This document shows, piece by piece, positions 27,846-36,057 of a stretch of 45,137 nucleotides of DNA. The notes below the pieces were generated by a model. That model was given only the letters and a program-made list of their open reading frames with translations. It was not told the DNA's origin and ran no database searches. The DNA lies in NCBI GenBank assembly GCA_046733615.1, contig JBKPPP010000004.1, positions 1 through 45,137 of the forward strand, given 5' to 3'. The first letter of the stretch is position 1; every line of letters starts with the position of its first letter. Source of the stretch: Acidobacteriota bacterium. Its GTDB lineage: Bacteria; Acidobacteriota; Blastocatellia; Pyrinomonadales; Pyrinomonadaceae. Position numbers and translations under genes: made by a program.

Positions 27846-28421
27846 ATGAAGCGCTTCATCGCTGTCGTTATCGTTTTCGGCGCGCTTGTCCTTTACTTCA
27901 ACTTGGCGGGGCCACTCCGCGATGCAGCAGCACAGGATGCTAAGAAGCCGCAGGATACTTATGTGCTCGCTCAGGAGGCGAAACTGGGTACGGTTACCTT
28001 CAGTCATCTCAATCACACGACAAAGAATCGCAATTCCGAAGGCACCGGCCCGAGTGCGTGTATTGAGTGTCACCATACAGCACAGCCTGCTGCTGAGGCA
28101 GCCAAGCATCCGCCACTCAAGACGGTCTGGCCTGCGGATCGAACCACGACGCTGACTGCTGAAACGTTGGCGAAGGATCCAAACGCCGTCGGCGCAGTCT
28201 GCCGCGACTGTCACGCGCGCGCCGATACCAAGCCGAAATTGCTGCCGGAGATTCCGCAGATAAAACTTGAAGTTGGCACCGAGCTGGTGACGCTGACAAA
28301 CCAGCAGGCATTCCATCGCAACTGTGCCGGGTGTCATGACCAGGTCGCCAAGGCGAGGACTGACGTGAATCCTCCCACTTCGAAGAAGTGCACGGCTTGT
28401 CACAAGAAAACAGCCGCCTGA
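27846..28421 (+). CDS. Tetraheme cytochrome c3-family protein
   Basis: MKRFIAVVIVFGALVLYFNLA signal/anchor. Four CXXCH (CIECH, CRDCH, CAGCH, CTACH). VTFSHLNH string. GGAGGTG RBS. Confidence 0.8.
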   Translation: MKRFIAVVIVFGALVLYFNLAGPLRDAAAQDAKKPQDTYVLAQEAKLGTVTFSHLNHTTKNRNSEGTGPSACIECHHTAQPAAEAAKHPPLKTVWPADRTTTLTAETLAKDPNAVGAVCRDCHARADTKPKLLPEIPQIKLEVGTELVTLTNQQAFHRNCAGCHDQVAKARTDVNPPTSKKCTACHKKTAA

Positions 28422-28436
28422 TGCGGGTGAGAGTGA

Positions 28437-28475
28437 CTGCGGAAAGTTTCCCAGTTCTGCGCCAACAACCGCAGA
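28437..28475. promoter_or_regulatory. Candidate enhancer (UAS): CTGCGGAAAGTTTCC plus inverted repeat TCTGCG-N8-CGCAGA
   Basis: GGAAA-G-TTTCC palindrome preceded by CTGCG (28437-28452), and an inverted repeat at 28456-28475. Both lie about 40-78 bp upstream of the -24 element at 28514. Same architecture as 14392-14429. Confidence 0.35.
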
Positions 28476-28513
28476 TTTGCCGGATTTTCAGGCGTTTTGC
28501 TGTGTATAAGAAG

Positions 28514-28529
28514 CGGCACGCTCATTGCT
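28514..28529 (+). promoter_or_regulatory. Candidate sigma54 (-24/-12) promoter
   Basis: CGGCACGCTCATTGCT matches TGGCACG-N4-TTGCW at all conserved positions except the first T. Lies 63 nt upstream of ATG 28592 in a 170-nt gap. Confidence 0.6.
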
Positions 28530-28591
28530 CCTCGAACGGCGCGGGAGGCTAACCCCGGCTCGTAAAGTTGCTACATGAGAGGGCTGAAGCG

Positions 28592-28921
28592 ATGAAAAAC
28601 TTGATTGGTTGGACCAGACTAACGCTCATGCTGGGCGGTATCATATCTGTGGCGGCATTATTCATGGTGACGGCGGCGCCTGCGCGCACGAGTAATGATG
28701 ACGACGCGGCCGCAATGTTTAAATCAAAATGTGTCGCGTGCCACGGAGCAACGGCCGAGAAGAAGTTCGACGCGACCAAAGCTGACGATGTGCTTGTCCA
28801 GACTGTCTTGAAAGGCAGAAAGCTGGAGAAGCCACCGAACATGCCGGCCTACGAAGAGAAGGGCATTACAGAAGACCAGGCCAAGGCACTGGTCGCCTTT
28901 ATGAAATCGTTGAAGAAGTAG
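28592..28921 (+). CDS. Monoheme class I cytochrome c
   Basis: ATG after GAGGG. Signal/anchor helix. Single CVACHG with distal Met candidate in PPNMPAY. 109 aa. Confidence 0.8.
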   Translation: MKNLIGWTRLTLMLGGIISVAALFMVTAAPARTSNDDDAAAMFKSKCVACHGATAEKKFDATKADDVLVQTVLKGRKLEKPPNMPAYEEKGITEDQAKALVAFMKSLKK

Positions 28922-29034
28922 CTGCCGATTTAGAAAAACTGAACGGGCCATAAACAGACACAGAGCACAAGCAGAGTGAATTTTACTTCGCTTGTGCGCT
29001 TGTGTTTGTTATGGCTCTTTACTGCATCCGCTTA

Positions 29035-30930
29035 ATGAAACGTTGGGCAACATTTCTGGTAGTGTTGTTCGCCTTGTCTTTCGTGTGCGTTGGTTTGCAA
29101 ACGCAGTTGAGTCATGCGCAGCGTTCGGCAGCCACACCAACGCCATCGCCCAGTCCGTCCCCCGCTCAAACGAGCGCACCGAATCTGCAATGTCAGGGTT
29201 GTCACGCGCCCGGTAAGACTCTGCCGTATCTCGGCGGCGCCAAGTTCCACACGGACGTGCACACCGCCTACGACCACGGCTTTCACGCTCAGGCAATTCA
29301 GGGTGGACGCAAAGCCGCGACTTGCATCGATTGCCATACTCGAAACGGAGACATGACGACGATCCTGCCCGGTGCGGATCCAAATTCGACTATTCATCGC
29401 AGAAACATCGCCGACACTTGCGGCCGCTGTCATGGCGACAAGTCGGTCATGCAAGGCAGCGGGATTAGCGATCGGCCGTTTCTTTCCTATCGCGAGAGCG
29501 TGCATGCGAAGGCGATCGCGCAGGGTAATATCAACGCGGCCGTTTGCACTGACTGTCACAACAGTCACGACATTCTTCCCGCTTCCAATCCCCAGTCGCC
29601 GATCACAAAGGTGAACATACCCGCGACGTGTAGCAAGTGTCACAAGGCTGAAACCGCGGAGTTCATGCAGAGTATTCACGGCCAAGCGGTGACGCGCGGT
29701 GTGTCGCGCTCTCCGGTGTGCACGGACTGTCACGGAATTCACAACATCGTCGCGCCGGTTGAGCGAGCCACCGCGACAGTCTCGAGCGCTGTCGCCACTG
29801 AAACCTGTGCTCGTTGTCATGAAGGCGTTACGCTGACCAAGGAATTCGGCGTCGCCGGCGAGCGCGTCAGCAGCTACAAGGATAGTTACCACGGGCTGGC
29901 GTCACGGATGGGTTCGCGCGTGGTGGCAAACTGTGCGAGCTGTCACGGTGTACACAACATCCTCCCCTCATCGGATCCGAGCTCGATGATCAATATAAGC
30001 AACCTGCCTCACACCTGCGGACAGTGTCACGTTGGCGCGGGTGCTAAATTCGCCACCGGCAGGATTCATCTGACTTCAGAGTTGATCGCTGCAAATGGCG
30101 CACGCGATCTGGGTGCAATCGGGACGCGTATTGTTCGCTGGATTTACATTCCGCTGATCGTGCTGGTGATTGGAGGGATGGTGGTTCACAACGCGCTCGT
30201 TTGGGGGCGCAAGGTCGTAGCGCGCAAGCACGAGAAACGCGAGATTGTTCGTCTGACTCGCAATCAGCGAGTGCAGCACTGGCTATTGCTGACCAGCTTT
30301 ATCGTCCTCGTGCTGAGTGGCTTCGCGCTTCAATATCCTGACTCCTGGCTCGCAGCGATGTTAGGTGGTAACGAGTATCTGCGACGAATAATTCATCGCG
30401 TCGCCGCCGTAGTGATGCTGGTTGTCGGCGCGTATCATCTCGTCTACCTGGCCAAAGCAAAAGAAGGCCGCCTGTGGGTGAAAGACATGCTTGTCAGGGG
30501 CAAAGACTTCAGAGATTTGCTCGGCAACTTCGGCTATTATCTCGGCATGTCGAAAGCCAGGCCGAAGTTTGCTCGGTTCGGCTATGCTGAGAAGGCTGAG
30601 TATTGGGCCGTGTTGTGGGGAACGCTCGTCATGGGCCTCACCGGTCTGATGATCTGGTTCAAGCTGGGCATTTTTGCATTTCTGCCGCGATGGGCCATCG
30701 ACGTCGCGCTCTCGATTCACTTTTACGAAGCGGTGCTGGCGACGCTCGCGATTGTGGTTTGGCACTTCTATCACGTAATTTTTGACCCCGACGTCTATCC
30801 CGTCAACTTCGCCTTTCTGGATGGCCGTGTCTCCACCGAGCATTACCGAGAAGAGCACGGACTAGCCTACGAACAACAACAGCAAGAACAAACTGAAGAA
30901 CAAGCTGGAGAACAAACAGGTACGCCATGA
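29035..30930 (+). CDS. Fusion of a periplasmic nonaheme c-type cytochrome domain with a C-terminal membrane b-type cytochrome domain (HydC/FdnI-like); CbcL-like
   Basis: Signal peptide MKRWATFLVVLFALSFVCVGLQ. Nine CXXCH. Then at least four hydrophobic segments with conserved His (VQHWLLL, IHRVAAVVMLVVGAYHLVY, HFYEAVLATLAIVVWHFYH). GTG 29002 or ATG 29011 are alternative starts. Confidence 0.8.
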   Translation: MKRWATFLVVLFALSFVCVGLQTQLSHAQRSAATPTPSPSPSPAQTSAPNLQCQGCHAPGKTLPYLGGAKFHTDVHTAYDHGFHAQAIQGGRKAATCIDCHTRNGDMTTILPGADPNSTIHRRNIADTCGRCHGDKSVMQGSGISDRPFLSYRESVHAKAIAQGNINAAVCTDCHNSHDILPASNPQSPITKVNIPATCSKCHKAETAEFMQSIHGQAVTRGVSRSPVCTDCHGIHNIVAPVERATATVSSAVATETCARCHEGVTLTKEFGVAGERVSSYKDSYHGLASRMGSRVVANCASCHGVHNILPSSDPSSMINISNLPHTCGQCHVGAGAKFATGRIHLTSELIAANGARDLGAIGTRIVRWIYIPLIVLVIGGMVVHNALVWGRKVVARKHEKREIVRLTRNQRVQHWLLLTSFIVLVLSGFALQYPDSWLAAMLGGNEYLRRIIHRVAAVVMLVVGAYHLVYLAKAKEGRLWVKDMLVRGKDFRDLLGNFGYYLGMSKARPKFARFGYAEKAEYWAVLWGTLVMGLTGLMIWFKLGIFAFLPRWAIDVALSIHFYEAVLATLAIVVWHFYHVIFDPDVYPVNFAFLDGRVSTEHYREEHGLAYEQQQQEQTEEQAGEQTGTP

Positions 30931-32501
30931 GCGAAACTAAAAAGCCGAGCACGAGACTAACCAGTCTTTTCCGCAACTACATCAGTTTCGTCGGTGCAGC
31001 GATCGCCACTGCGGCTCTCGTAAGCACTGTGCTGTTGTTTTTGGTTGAGATTAGTTCGCACCTGGAAAATCCTTATCTTGGCATTCTGACTTACATAATC
31101 TTTCCGTCGATTCTCTTGCTGGGTTTGATAATCGTGGTCATCGGGATGATGGTCGAGAGACGCCGGCGGCATCGCGGATCGCCCGAACAGATCGCAGCTT
31201 ACCCGAAACTGGATCTGAACGACCCACGCGCACGTAAGGCATTCTTCGTCTTTCTCGTGGCCACGTTTCTTTTCATCTGTGCGAGCGCCTTCGGCAGTTA
31301 CAAAGCTTACGAATACACGGAGTCGGTCGAGTTTTGTGGTGCGACCTGTCACAAGCCGATGAAACCCGAGTACACGGCTTACAGGGCCGGAGCCCACGCG
31401 CGCGTCGGCTGTGTTGGCTGTCACGTCGGACCAGGGGCCGGTTGGTACGTCCGTTCGAAACTCTCCGGCGCGTATCAGCTCTATTCCGTGTCTTTCAATA
31501 AGTATCCTAGGCCGATCACAACGCCCGTTCATAATCTTCGGCCGGCGCCTGAGACATGCGAGCAGTGTCACTGGCCCGAGAAGTTCTTTGGCGCTCAACT
31601 GAAAGTCTTTAATCATTACGCGTACGACGAGAAAAACACGTTACGGCAAATGCGCCTGCTGATTAACGTCGGCGGCGGCAGCCCAACCACCGGTGCGGTC
31701 GCGGGAATTCATTGGCACATGAACATCTCCAATACCATCGACTACATCTCGACCGACGATCATCGCCAGGTGATACCGTGGATACGCATCAAGGATCGCC
31801 AGGGAAACGTGACCGAGTACTACGATCGTTCGCGGCCACTGACGCAGCAACAGATCGCCGGCTCTGAAAAGCGGCGCATGGACTGCGTCGACTGTCATAA
31901 TCGTCCGGCGCATTCATACCTTCCGCCGGACGTCGCGGTGGACCATTCCCTCGCCGCGGGTAGACTCGATCCATCCTTACCCTATCTCAAGCGACAGGCA
32001 GTCGGAGCGCTGAACAAGGAATACAGTACCGAGGATGAAGCGGTGAAGACGATCGCGCAGAGTCTCGACGGCTTTTACCGGACAAACTACAGCGATCTGT
32101 ATGCGCAGAAACCCGATGTCATCAAAGGCGCGATCGACGAGACACAGCGAATCTACAAGACCTATTTCTTTCCGGAGATGAAGACCAATTGGGAGACTCA
32201 TCCCAACAACATCGGCCATCTCTATTCATCGGGTTGTTTTCGCTGTCATGACGGTGAGCACGTCAGTAACACGGGGAAGGTGATTCGTAACGACTGCACT
32301 ATTTGTCACACTATGCTGTCCGACTCCGCGCGCCCCGCGGCAGCCAATCAAACACCCACACCTCAGCATCCGGTTGATCTGGGTGGACTGGCCGATCGCA
32401 AGTGCGAAACGTGTCACAAAGCGAATGAGCCGTTTCGCCATCCGGTTAATCTGGGAGACATTTCGATGTTTCAGTGCGTGGAGTGTCACCCGAAGAAGTG
32501 A
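30927..32501 (+). CDS. Inner-membrane multiheme cytochrome with three N-terminal TM helices and a NapC/NirT-like region (7 CXXCH + 1 CX3CH); ImcH-like
   Basis: ATG overlaps the upstream stop (ATGA). Three hydrophobic helices in the first 125 aa. NapC/NirT-like string SVEFCGATCHKPMKPEYTAYRAGAHARVGCVGCH. Seven canonical CXXCH. Confidence 0.75.
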   Translation: MSETKKPSTRLTSLFRNYISFVGAAIATAALVSTVLLFLVEISSHLENPYLGILTYIIFPSILLLGLIIVVIGMMVERRRRHRGSPEQIAAYPKLDLNDPRARKAFFVFLVATFLFICASAFGSYKAYEYTESVEFCGATCHKPMKPEYTAYRAGAHARVGCVGCHVGPGAGWYVRSKLSGAYQLYSVSFNKYPRPITTPVHNLRPAPETCEQCHWPEKFFGAQLKVFNHYAYDEKNTLRQMRLLINVGGGSPTTGAVAGIHWHMNISNTIDYISTDDHRQVIPWIRIKDRQGNVTEYYDRSRPLTQQQIAGSEKRRMDCVDCHNRPAHSYLPPDVAVDHSLAAGRLDPSLPYLKRQAVGALNKEYSTEDEAVKTIAQSLDGFYRTNYSDLYAQKPDVIKGAIDETQRIYKTYFFPEMKTNWETHPNNIGHLYSSGCFRCHDGEHVSNTGKVIRNDCTICHTMLSDSARPAAANQTPTPQHPVDLGGLADRKCETCHKANEPFRHPVNLGDISMFQCVECHPKK

Positions 32502-32502
32502 G

Positions 32503-32688
32503 TTACCAGCGATTGCCGCAGTCGGGACAGATCCATTGTGCGGATGGATCGTGTGACCGTGCCGGTAAAACGAGGTGAGAGCACTGCGAGCACTTCACGC
32601 TCAAATCGAGTAAGTTAACGAAACCCCAGCTTGATAGCCGCACAAAAATATTTCGAATCATCTTTTCAAACAATGGCACCGCAGGCAC
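32503..32688 (-). CDS. Possible small zinc-ribbon protein
   Basis: 61 aa ORF with two CxxC pairs (CSQC ... CPDC). No RBS was evaluated and there is no other support. Confidence 0.25.
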   Translation of the reverse strand: MPAVPLFEKMIRNIFVRLSSWGFVNLLDLSVKCSQCSHLVLPARSHDPSAQWICPDCGNRW

Positions 32689-33118
32689 AGCAGTCTTCTC
32701 CTTCCAGGAAGAGAGTGAAGTTTCCCCTTTTTCTTCTCGCGCCCTGTGTAGCTTCCGCGCTTAGCGAGGACATGGATGGAATTCCCGTGATAACGCGCGT
32801 GAGTATGCGACGAACCGGATTTGAGCGCAAGCAGAAAATCACGATTGTGTGTTTAATCGCTTGCGGAGCGTGACAGCTTTGTTGCGGCAGGATTCTGCGA
32901 TGTGACGACTAAGATTTAGCAAGACAAACCCGGCACTCAAGCGTAGAATGGCCGCTCCCGACCTGACCGGCAACTCCCCAACTCTACAATGGCAAGCCTC
33001 ACAGCACGTGCTGGTGATGACGGCGCTTGCCCGATAACAAACCTCTGCGCTCATTGTGCGAGCCTTTCACGACATCTCGCACCTCGAGTCGTACAAGCCA
33101 ACAAAGGAGCCTCAAGCT

Positions 33119-33778
33119 ATGTTTTCAGTTCGTCGCCGAATTTCAATCTGCGCCTTCGGTTTCCTGATCATTCTGTCTCTCGTCGTAATGCCCGGACTTA
33201 CTCCCGTTAACATTCCCGGCAGCATTACTTCAGCCGATCCAAACACGCCGCGATCGTACGTCGAGTTTATCGACGGTGCGTATTTTGGCGCGCTGGGCCG
33301 GTTTCCCACCTGTTTTGAAGAGCAAGCGGAATACGATGCGCTCGTGAATGCCGCCGCCGGCGGTGGTCTGCACGAGGAAGCGGAACGTTTCGTCAGCACG
33401 CTTTTCGAGACGCAGGCCTCGTACAACGTGCCTGACATTTATACCTACTGCCAGTCGTCGGAGTACGAAGCGATCAACCCGGCGTACTGTAATCCCTTCA
33501 TCAACACGCGCTCGGAGGAGTTTCTGACGGCTCAGTACCGCGCGTTTTTGCTGCGCGAGCCTGATCCGGACGGTTTCAATTTCTGGTTGAGCACCGTTCC
33601 CGGGGATGGGCGCAAGCATCTCATACTGGCCTTCGCGGACAGTATTGAGTTTTCAACTTTGGTCGATCATCTTTACGCGGGCACTCGCCCGACGTGCACG
33701 ATAGAGTGTCCGGAGTGCAACCCGGATCCCTGTGAAGGTCCGAACACGGACGGTCACTATTCGAAGCTTTGCCAATGA
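33119..33778 (+). CDS. Secreted DUF4214-domain protein
   Basis: ATG 33119 preceded by AAAGGAG. Signal peptide MFSVRRRISICAFGFLIILSLVV. DUF4214-like repeat FLTAQYRAFLLREPDPDGFNFWLSTV...AFADSIEF, and a weaker first copy. Confidence 0.65.
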   Translation: MFSVRRRISICAFGFLIILSLVVMPGLTPVNIPGSITSADPNTPRSYVEFIDGAYFGALGRFPTCFEEQAEYDALVNAAAGGGLHEEAERFVSTLFETQASYNVPDIYTYCQSSEYEAINPAYCNPFINTRSEEFLTAQYRAFLLREPDPDGFNFWLSTVPGDGRKHLILAFADSIEFSTLVDHLYAGTRPTCTIECPECNPDPCEGPNTDGHYSKLCQ

Positions 33779-33831
33779 GGCTTCAATCTTCCGGCACCGT
33801 GTGAACTAACAGCTCTGTTATTACTCAAGCC

Positions 33832-33870
33832 GAGAGCCGCGGTTTTTGCAGCCGCGGCTCTCGCTTTATT
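33832..33870 (+). terminator. Rho-independent terminator
   Basis: 11-bp GC-rich stem GAGAGCCGCGG / CCGCGGCTCTC with a 9-nt loop, followed by GCTTTATT. Lies between convergent genes. Confidence 0.65.
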
Positions 33871-33903
33871 CAGCCGTCACATTTCTATAGTGACGCGGAG
33901 TCT

Positions 33904-34464
33904 TCAGAATCTAACGCTGACGCCCAAACTCAGCTGAAGATTATGCGTTGTGCCGAGGCGCTGAGCGAACAAGCCTTCTCCGACGATATTATTTCCGAAC
34001 GGGATGATGACGTCGCCCGCGTCGACGCGCAGGAGCACGTGACGGGTGGGATAGAATTCGGCAACGCCACCCACGTCGAATGCGAATCTTGCCTGCTCGC
34101 GGTCGTTGACGACAAAGTTGGTCTGAAAGCCTGGTCTTGCTTTCGCAAAGACGCCCACGTACTTGGTGCGCTGGCCGGCCTTGATTCCGAACAGGCCTTG
34201 TGTTGCGTAAGCTGGTCCTTCGTCGGGAAGGAAGAAGTTCACGTCGTTATCGAGCGCTATGTGGTTATTGAGATTGTAGGTGAATCTAACGCCGGCACCC
34301 CAACCGTTTCCCAGATCATGTCCACTAAAGGAAAAGATCTGCCCACCGACCTCGTAGGTTGGGACCTCGTCAACAAAACTGTTCGTGTTCTGCGCCTGTG
34401 CCAGCAAACAACTGAGACACAGTACGAGCATGCTCGATGCGACGATGAGAAGGCTCTTTTGCAT
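33904..34464 (-). CDS. Small outer-membrane beta-barrel protein (OmpA-like / OMP_b-brl type)
   Basis: Internal start gives signal peptide MQKSLLIVASSMLVLCLSCLLAQAQ. Alternating beta-strand pattern. C-terminal ...LSLGVSVRF with terminal Phe. Confidence 0.7.
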   Translation of the reverse strand: MQKSLLIVASSMLVLCLSCLLAQAQNTNSFVDEVPTYEVGGQIFSFSGHDLGNGWGAGVRFTYNLNNHIALDNDVNFFLPDEGPAYATQGLFGIKAGQRTKYVGVFAKARPGFQTNFVVNDREQARFAFDVGGVAEFYPTRHVLLRVDAGDVIIPFGNNIVGEGLFAQRLGTTHNLQLSLGVSVRF

Positions 34465-34506
34465 AATCACTTCTCCGATCTGGAGCTGAGATACCAAACT
34501 CAGCAT

Positions 34507-34521
34507 TGGCAATCGGAGTGC
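34507..34521 (+). promoter_or_regulatory. Possible sigma54 promoter upstream of the permease
   Basis: TGGCAATCGGAGTGC has correctly spaced GG/GC, with two mismatches to TGGCAC-N5-TTGC. Lies about 136 nt upstream of ATG 34657. Confidence 0.3.
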
Positions 34522-34656
34522 CCTTTATGGACCAGGTTTTTTGTTGGAATTTCTGTGAGTTAGAAACTTGGCGTTGCAGCGGAACGAGAACAAATGGTGC
34601 AGGAATATTCTGCTCATCCGTGGTAAAATTCGCGAAATCGTCCAGACTCCCGACGC

Positions 34657-36048
34657 ATGATATCAGTGGACTCCGAGCTAAAGACTCATGACGTTCGCGT
34701 GTCCACCAGACGCCGTCTAAATCTCATCCCCCTTATCGGCACCATCTTTTTCATCGTATGTGGCGGCGCCTATGGCCTCGAGCCTCTCGTGGGTGCGGTT
34801 GGTCCCGGTTGGGCAGTAATCCTGATTCTCCTGACTCCAATCTTCTGGAGTCTTCCCATCGCGCTGATGGTAGCCGAGCTTTCAAGTGCGATGCCTGTAG
34901 ATGGTGGCTATTACATCTGGGTTCGCACTGCGCTCGGGGAGTTCTGGGCGTTTCAGGAAGGTTGGTGGACCATCTGCTACATGGTCGTTGACCTGGCAGT
35001 GTTCCCTGTACTATTCGTCAATTATTTCGCCTATTTTTTCCCGACATTGCAACTGGACGGCAGCGGATCTGCCTCGTGGCATACCTGGCTTTTGCGCTGG
35101 GCAATCGCGGTTGCTGTAATCGCAGTAGCTTTCGTTGTTAACACTCAAGGCGCGAAGCTCGTGGGCCAGAGTTCGACGTTCAATCTGCTATTACTGTTTC
35201 TGCCTTTCGCAGCCATTGTCATTGGTGCTTTCGCACAGGAAGGAAGCGCAGGTCGGGCAATTTCTGCCATATCTCAGGATCTGGCCCATAACCGTGGCGC
35301 CACACTGCTTGTACTCGGTCTCTCGACAGTCATGTGGAACTACATGGCCTGGGACAATGTTTCAACCTTTGCCGGTGAGGTCAATCATCCGCAGCGAAAC
35401 TATCCTCGCGCAATCGCCGTGTCCCTCGTCTTGACGGTCGTATCCTATTTGATCCCCACGATAGCAGGCATTGCCGTGACAACTGATCCGGAGGTCTGGA
35501 ACGAATCCAGCGGCTGGCCGAGTATCGCCCGCCTGGTCGGAGGAGATCTACTCGGTCCAATTGTAGCCGGTGGGGCTCTCCTCGCAACCTGGTCACTATT
35601 TAACGGACAACTGCTTTATGTTTCGCGCTTGCCTTATGCGATGGCGCTGGATGGATGGATGCCTTCACCCCTCAAACATGTTTCTGAAACCACCGGCGTA
35701 CCCGTAGGTTCTCTCCTCGCTGCTTGCAGTGTTGCGGCAGTATTCGCAGCGCTCTCGTTCGGTAAGCTGGTCTTGATAGACGTGCTCTTGTACTCGGCAG
35801 CTTTGTCGCTTGAATTTGCGGCATTGATAGCGCTGCGCCTGAAAGCACCCGAGATGTATCGACCATTTCGCATACCGGGCGGTTGGCCTGGAGTCGTTCT
35901 CGTTGCGCTCGCGCCGATGTGCTGCGGCGCATTGCTTGTGATCACAACTATCGGGAGTGGATCCGCGGAACCGCGTCAAGCATTGATTGTAGTTGGAGCC
36001 CTGATTACCGGCGTACTACTGTTTGTCGCTAAACGTCTGAGGAGTTAA
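34657..36048 (+). CDS. APC-superfamily amino acid/polyamine permease
   Basis: 463 aa with about 12 hydrophobic helices. N-terminal FFIVCGGAYGLEPLVG (APC GxG motif region). Confidence 0.8.
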   Translation: MISVDSELKTHDVRVSTRRRLNLIPLIGTIFFIVCGGAYGLEPLVGAVGPGWAVILILLTPIFWSLPIALMVAELSSAMPVDGGYYIWVRTALGEFWAFQEGWWTICYMVVDLAVFPVLFVNYFAYFFPTLQLDGSGSASWHTWLLRWAIAVAVIAVAFVVNTQGAKLVGQSSTFNLLLLFLPFAAIVIGAFAQEGSAGRAISAISQDLAHNRGATLLVLGLSTVMWNYMAWDNVSTFAGEVNHPQRNYPRAIAVSLVLTVVSYLIPTIAGIAVTTDPEVWNESSGWPSIARLVGGDLLGPIVAGGALLATWSLFNGQLLYVSRLPYAMALDGWMPSPLKHVSETTGVPVGSLLAACSVAAVFAALSFGKLVLIDVLLYSAALSLEFAALIALRLKAPEMYRPFRIPGGWPGVVLVALAPMCCGALLVITTIGSGSAEPRQALIVVGALITGVLLFVAKRLRS

Positions 36049-36057
36049 CAGTCCTCT

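Noticed and set aside
32531-32551. Hairpin GATCCAT-N7-ATGGATC after the ImcH-like gene as a terminator
   Set aside because: It is not followed by a T-run, and it lies inside the possible small minus-strand ORF.
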